DNA of 64,000 nt, taken from assembly GCF_009914755.1 (NCBI RefSeq), contig NC_060931.1; one strand, given 5' to 3'. The notes beneath the pieces were generated by a model. The model did not search any database and was not told the origin of the DNA. It saw nothing but the letters and a program-made list of their open reading frames with translations. The position numbers and the translations under genes were made by a program. Shown here one piece after another: positions 57,469 through 64,000 of the stretch. This stretch comes from the human T2T-CHM13v2.0 reference genome, Homo sapiens. The stretch's first letter is position 1. Each line of letters opens with the position of its first letter.

Positions 57469-60400
57469 GTTTTCATCTGAAACATGGACATGAAGAGTCT
57501 AGGTTCTCCTCAGAGTTGAGAAAAACCATCCCTTATGACCCAAGGGCCACTGAGAATTTAGACCACTTACAATAGATGCCCATGACTTTTGATTAGGGGA
57601 ATGTGTCTCTTGAAGTCATACAGAAATATATGGAGCTCAGCAAACTCAAATATAAAACAAATTTTCCTTTGATTTTTGATACATGAGTAGTTTGATAGAA
57701 GTAAAACAATTATAATCTATGTGTTTTTGATTAATTTAAAAATAATTTATCCAAATGCTGTTTTGCAAGACGAGATTCAAGTCCAAGAAACCTATTTGGA
57801 CTTTTTGTCTGTTAAACTTTTTAAACTATCTTCTTTTATTATCATTTCAGTTGTTGGACCAAAAAAGTTGGCCAAGGGTAAAAGGCTAAACGTAACTCTA
57901 ACTTCAAAGGATTGGAATTGTGCTTAAAACCCAGATACTTAGAAACATTTTCTCTCTTGTCTGAATTGTAGTGTCCTTCCTACTTTTTACTTTAATGTTA
58001 GATCCTGTGCAGGGTGGTGGCCAGGGAGTCTTTGATCAACTCTTGTGGTGGGATTGGACACTGGGCTGCAGCTCTTCCACTGAATTTCATTCACGGTATG
58101 GCTTCTGAACCAAGAGGGCAGCTAAGAACCTGATCAAGATGCCTAGGCTTGGGACAACTGTTTTTCTCCTTAAACATTGATGATATAAATTATTTCTTCT
58201 TTTGCACCCTAAAACTCAACTGGCAATAGTCGATTTTCAATACCAAAAATGCACAATTATTTTCATCAGAAAAACTGATTGACAAGGCTGCAGTCAACAT
58301 TTGTCTAGGAACCTTTGTGGTTCTTATTCATTAGGCTCCCACAGTATTGGAAGTGCTAGGCTTTCTCAAATTTATGCATTTTCTGTGCCTCCTCTCAATT
58401 TGTGACCTATAAAAGCTACCTTAGGATGTACATCTCAGTTCAAATGATACTTTCTCCCTGACTTAAAGCCTCCTCCTGCGCAGCTATACTCAGTATATAC
58501 TCTCCTTCTAGTAGTTATGTTTTCTCAATGTAGTTTTTTGTTTGCCTCTCTTCACTTTAAAGGAGAAGGTCTTTGAGGAAGGGAATTGCTTTTCCTTCTT
58601 ATGTTCCTAAGGTCTTTAAACATGGTTAGCATAAATATGTGAGCAATCTTTTTAATAAGGTAATAATAAAAAGGGAAATGAAGATTTACACCTTATACAA
58701 CTAATTGTTTTTGTCACAAAAGATATCAGGTGTGACCACAAAAATCTCCTAATGCAATTCTTCTTAAACAATACCAAGGAACCAATCACTTATCCACTGA
58801 GCAATATTTGTGGAGGAGCTCCTCTGTACCCAACCCCACGCCGGGTCCTGATGATGCTGTGTTTCAGGAGGCAGGTGTGACTCTGACCTCAAGTGTTGGC
58901 CACATCTTCCTGGAAAACTCTACCACGTTTGGAATTCCTAAGATAAAAATGTCTCCTGTAACTTTCTCCCATTCTATGACTGTTTCATTAATAATTATTT
59001 TTGTTACCCTTGATATAACATTAGACCTCCGTAGATTTTCCTGGCACCTGCATAGCAATGATATTTTCATGGCAAGAATGAGTGGAGAAAGTTCTTAAGT
59101 GGCCATCAGCTCAAGAATCTCTGCCAGTGGCTTTTTACATTGCTGGCTCAGAATTACCTCTTCTCTGCCTGAAACCACAGATCATCTTCTTCCAGTGCTG
59201 CTCTGAGCCATTTGGAGAAGGAAGGATGAAAGGGTCTGTGAGAGTGAACACAAGCTCCTCAAATGTTGCATGATCCTATTTCAGTCAGCTAGTGAAGCCA
59301 GTGACACAAAATGGCGGTGCAGAGATAGCCAAGCAGGAGTTGTCTGGTTCTTGGACATCACAACAGGTTATGAAATGGAACGTTTCCTCTTGTCTGGGAA
59401 TTTTAACTAAAGCTTCAAGCTTAGCCTGATGGCTTTTAAGTACCACTGCATTCCAAAGGGAGGCACTAGATTAGATACTCCCTACTCTCTAGAGTTTGCT
59501 AAGCAGCCTCTAAACCATCTTAAATCACTCCTAATAGTCTATAAAAAGAGAGCAATAGGGTTTGCATAGAAAGGAGGAGAAGCCATTTCTTTGAAGGGCA
59601 TCCAGAAAAAAGCAGAGCCCTGTGGCATTTTCCCTCTCCTGTCGTTTCCCACAGGCTTTAATCCAAGAAGTGGGCTCCGGGAGGTACACTGTCAGACATT
59701 GGGTGGTCTGTGAGAGGGAAGATGCGTATCTCCTAGCAGTTGGATGTTTGAGGAGCACAGATGTCCACAGGTCTTCAGCCAAAGCAGAGTGAGAGACATG
59801 ACTGATGCCCTGAGGGGCTAGGGCAGATGTGTGGATGGAGACTGGACTCGTCCTCTCCTTTACAGAAGCCTGAGAGTCAGAGGCAGGCTAAGCAGCTCCC
59901 AGGAGCTGTGGAGAGCAGCAGGGACACCCTCCACTTCAGAGTTTGCAGGGAGAGGAGGTGTGGGGCTGCCCCTGGAGGGAGTGGGTGCAGACTCAAGTCA
60001 TGTTGAGAAATGCTCGAGAAGCCTCTCTGCAGCAACACAGGGTCTAAAAACAGGGATGTCCTGAAGAGGGCATGACTTCAGAAGTCACTGGCAGCTGCGT
60101 CTGTGTGGGGCAGGGGCTCAGAGGAACCCACCAAAAAGCAATTCTGAAAGAAGACGCCGTCAATACAATGGGCATTGAAAAGCCCAGTGAGGGATCTGAA
60201 TAGCACCAGCTAAGTACTAAGTCCTGTGCTTCTTTTGTTATAACCACTTACCTTCCTCTCAGAAGAGCCAGGGGAGAGTAGTGGTGGGATATGAGTGAAG
60301 TTAGGAAAGCCAGATTGTGTCTCCCCACCCCCTTGCCCCCCTATTGCTAGTAAAGAGAATTCAAGTCAGGCTTTAATAATGGAGAGGGATGAAGTTTTTA

Positions 60401-60825
60401 ACTGAATGTAAGATGAATTTATAAAAATTTAGTTTGTATTAGATTTTATAAAACCTGAAAGGAACTGAAAAGTGGCAGCCTCTTCTAACCATGTTGCCAA
60501 ATCGATACAGAATGAACACTGACAAGAGGAATTTGAAGGCAGTGATGGGAAGAAAATAAAGCCATTTCTGGATTTTACATTACTGTGTCCAGCCATTTCC
60601 ATAAACCAGTGATAGCCATGTGCATGGCTCAAGACTGGACCTTGGGTTTGATAATGGGTCATTCTGCATACTGTGGAAGGATAAAAGGAGCACATGTTGT
60701 GTCTGACCGTTGGGGGAGAATGTGTGGCACAGCAGAGATTGCCGGTTACCTGCCTACTCTTTTTTGGCACTTACCCCTACCCAACCAATGCCACTCACCT
60801 CCATCTCCAAAAGGTGTTTTTTTCT

Positions 60826-60826
<1 letters not shown>

Positions 60827-60869
<43 letters not shown>
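60827..60869. repeat. Poly-T (43 nt)
   Basis: Mononucleotide run with no adjacent Alu/L1 body. Confidence 0.95.
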
Positions 60870-60872
<3 letters not shown>

Positions 60873-61158
60873 GAACACCATTCCCATCGATATAAGCAAA
60901 GGTTCCACAAAAACAAAATTCAATCAAAAAGATTCATGCGCAAAAATGTGGGGGGATCTCTGGTTAAACCATCCAGTTTCAGTATGGTCTGGTTTCTTAG
61001 AACTTTTCTGTAGATTACTTAGAACTGTAAATCTGCAGGAAAAGGCAAAGAATGCATTGTTTCCCAGACTTATTTCATCCCAGAGCTTTTTGTCTAGACA
61101 GCATCCAGAATGAACAGGATGCCACGGAGCATACTTTGGGAAATTCTGCATTATGTAA

Positions 61159-61473
61159 TGTCTTAGTCTGTTCAAGCTTCTCCGAAGTGTATTTCTCACA
61201 GTTCTGAAGGCTGGGAAGTTCAAGATCAAGGTGCCAGCCATGTCTGACAAGGGTCTGCTTCCTCACAGATGGTGCATTCTAGCTGTGTCCTCACATGGTG
61301 AAAACGGCAAGACAGCAATCTAGAACCTCTTCAATAAGGACACTAATCCCATTTGTGAAAGGTCTACCTCATGACCTGATCACCTCTCAAAGTCCCCACC
61401 TTCTAATCCATCACCTTAGTGATTAGGATTTAACATACACGTTTTTGGAGGGATGTGAACATTCAGATCATAG
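61159..61473 (-). mobile_element. MLT1A0/MST-like MaLR LTR
   Basis: tgtcttagtctgttc...tttctcacagttctgaaggctgggaagttcaagatcaaggtgccagc...aacattcagatcatag. Confidence 0.85.
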
Positions 61474-61851
61474 GAGGAAATGCAGATAGGGAAGAAGCTC
61501 TCACAGAAAGCCATTTACTCCCTCCCTCCTTTCTGGGGACTGTCCTTACTCAGCTGAAACTATTTTCCACTTAGTAATATTGTAGTCCTTTAAAAAAGGA
61601 GAACACCAGAAGATACTAGATGAAGTCACTGAAGTCACAGAGCTGTTTAGTTGCAAAACTAAGAGTAGAACCCTATTCCTGGACTCTTTTCTTTTCTCAT
61701 ATCTTGCTGCTTGGTTAGTGCTTAAGAGTTTTCAGGTACATATTCCAGAGCCCCAATTCTTCAAGTGAGTTGAATAAAAGTAAAATTCAGAGCTGGGTAA
61801 CAGTGTGTGGTGTGGCCTAAGGAAAAAAAATTCAGGCCCAATATGATGTGC

Positions 61852-62324
61852 TGTCTTAACATGTGGTGAAAACAGGAAGGCCTTACCCAGCCTAACCACA
61901 AGTTTCCCTCCCTACTCTGCTCTTGTGGATGGATAAGGTCCTGTAGCCAAATGTTTCTTAGCAAGGAGACCAGGCACAGCTTCTGCTTTACCCTGAATAG
62001 TGGGATTCAATCCCTTCTAGACCACAGAATTATTCAAACAAGCCAATCACATCCTCCCACAAGAACCAAGGGGCACCTCACTCTCTTGACATCACAAAGT
62101 CTGCCTCCCCTATCACCTGGTTGCTTGTTCTGTTCCCAAGTGCAACCTCTGTGTGGTCCTGCATGGCGTGCAGTGTGCTCCTCCTCTGGGCAGTAGGTAC
62201 ATGTGACTAATAAACTGCTGCTTATCTTGTCTGTCCAATGCCAGGTGTCGTTGTTTGGCCATCCTCATAACTCTGGGATGAGAATCTCTCCATCACCAAG
62301 GGGGAAAATAGGAAGTGATTCATA
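61852..62324 (+). mobile_element. ERVL-type LTR (MER54/MER73/LTR53 group)
   Basis: LTR architecture with CCAAT (aagccaatcaca) and poly(A) signal (gactaataaactgctg). Subfamily uncertain. Confidence 0.7.
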
Positions 62325-62539
62325 TGGTCTGCTGCACAATGTACAACCAATATTTGACATTGTGAATGAGAAGAAATCTTAGTTATATATAGAACTTACA
62401 AAAATAAACTTAACTTATTTTGAGAACTTAAAACAAATCCATGTTTGGCCATCTTCATAGACTGGCTTTAGTGTTATAAGCTGAAGAGTAGCACTGGGTA
62501 ACTCTCTCTCAACCAGAGGATGTCAGTGATGAAAATGAA

Positions 62540-63140
62540 TTAAAATACATGTTTTGGGGTCAGACAGAATGGGACTGAAATCTTAGCCTGGTCACTTTGT
62601 AGGTGTATAGACTTCTACAAGTCATTTAAACTCTTTCAGTCTCACTTCACCCACTCTATAACAGGAAAAAAATAACTTGCTATGGTTTCAATGTTTGTAT
62701 CACTCTGAGATTTACAAGTTAAAGCCTAATCCCCAGTGTGATGGTGTTAGAAGGCGGGGCCTTTGGGGGGTGATTAGGTCATGAGGTGCAGCTTTCATGA
62801 AAGAGATTAGTGCACTTAAAAAGAGACAGGAGAGCTTGCTTCCTCTCTCTCCCTCCACCATATGAGGGTACAACAAGAAGACAGCCTTGTAAACCAGGAG
62901 GATGGCTCTCACCAGACACCAGATCTGCTGGTGCCTCCATCTTGGACTTCACAGGCTCCAGAACCAAGAGAAATCAGTTTCTTGTTTACGCCACCCAACC
63001 CATGATGTTTTTGTTATAACAGCCTAAACTGACTAAGACAACACCTATATCAGAGAGTTATTATAAAGAATAAATAGCACCAGGTAAAGTACCTAGCAAG
63101 TAACCTAGCACATGTTAAAGGCTCAGTAAATGTTACCTGG
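62540..63140 (+). mobile_element. MIR split by MLT1A0
   Basis: ggggtcagacagaatggg...caagtcatttaaactctttcagtctca before the LTR and cctagcacatgttaaaggctcagtaaatgtta after it. Confidence 0.75.
62678..63040 (+). mobile_element. MLT1A0-like MaLR solo LTR
   Basis: tgctatggtttcaatgtttgt...ggtgattaggtcatgagg...aactgactaagaca. Confidence 0.9.
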
Positions 63141-63167
63141 CTGCTGTTTGTGTTTTTATTTTTACTA

Positions 63168-63428
63168 TTTTTTTTTTGAGGCAGGATCTTGCTCTGTTGC
63201 CCAGGTTGGAATGCAGCGGTATGATCACAGCTTACTACAGCCTCAAACTCCCATCTCAGCCTGTCAAGTAGCTGGGACCACAAGCATGAACCACTACATC
63301 TGGCTAATTTTTTAGTTTTTTGCAGAGATGGGGTCTTCCTATGTTGCATAGGCTGGTTTTGAATTTCTTGGCTCTACTAATCTTCCCACCTCAGCCTCCC
63401 AAAGTGCTGGGAGCCACTGCACCTAGCC
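63168..63428 (-). mobile_element. AluJ (with deletions)
   Basis: T tail, gatcacagcttactacagcctc (AluJ diagnostic), ends gcacctagcc. Confidence 0.9.
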
Positions 63429-64000
63429 TGTTTGTATTTTTAAATAAAAAAAGAAATGTTTCTTATAGAAAAGAAAATATCTCTGTAAGAAGTAACCACA
63501 AAACCATCATTTATTTTAAATCAACAGGTGAATGTATTCATCAAAGCCTGTCCTTATAGTTGGGACATGCATAAACGTGAATGTTTTCACCTGAGGAAGG
63601 GAGGGATAGAGAAGGAGGAACAGTGTATCTATGCATGAAAACAGAGGCTGCCTGGATAGTGCATGTGGTGTATTCTCAGCAAACTAAGCTGTTCCAGGTA
63701 GAATCCTGATGACTCCTGCTGTTGTTGAAGGAAAGTGATTTCCCTGGAGTCTTCAGGGCAAAGAGGACAGAAGAGTGAGTATTAGTTAATTGTGTGAAAG
63801 ACAGCAGAGATGAGGAGAGAGGATAAAAAATTGTTCTCAGGCACTAGAAACAAGATCTTGAGAAATAATGTTAATATAAAATGGCAGTAAGGAGGAGGAA
63901 ATGAATTAAAGAGAAATCTAGTTTGAGCTAACTCCCAGGAAGTTTCTAGAATTCCAGTAAAGGCTCTAGAAGCAGAAGCAAGAAGGTAAAAGGGGCAGAT

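Overview
Primate (most likely human or another catarrhine) genomic DNA, AT-rich and dominated by interspersed repeats. No host protein-coding gene, rRNA, tRNA or CRISPR feature can be supported, and almost all ORF-track entries are chance or repeat-derived frames. The main structure is a decayed but architecturally complete class I (gamma-like) endogenous retrovirus on the minus strand (41317-53989). It has MER41-type LTRs (PRIMA41-like), a PBS remnant, gag-pro-pol-env with an EnvR(b)/PABL-like envelope, and a PPT. It carries a nested, internally deleted L1PA5/6 inside integrase and an AluSc in its 5' LTR. Other elements are solo LTRs (MER11, MLT2A2, two THE1, MLT1C, two MLT1A0-like, LTR33, one ERVL-type), about 14 Alu/Alu-monomer copies, MIR/L2/L3/old L1 relics, MER3/MER5, a MADE1 MITE plus a solo Hsmar1 TIR, a pure (TTC)28 tract and a GA-rich tract. 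The best leads are an open pre-gag frame in the provirus, a chain of minus-strand splice signals at 58.6-61.5 kb that could be an LTR-driven lncRNA, the deleted L1, and two template-switch hairpin scars. Repeat subfamily names come from recalled consensus sequences, not from a database search. No new biological system can be demonstrated from the sequence alone.
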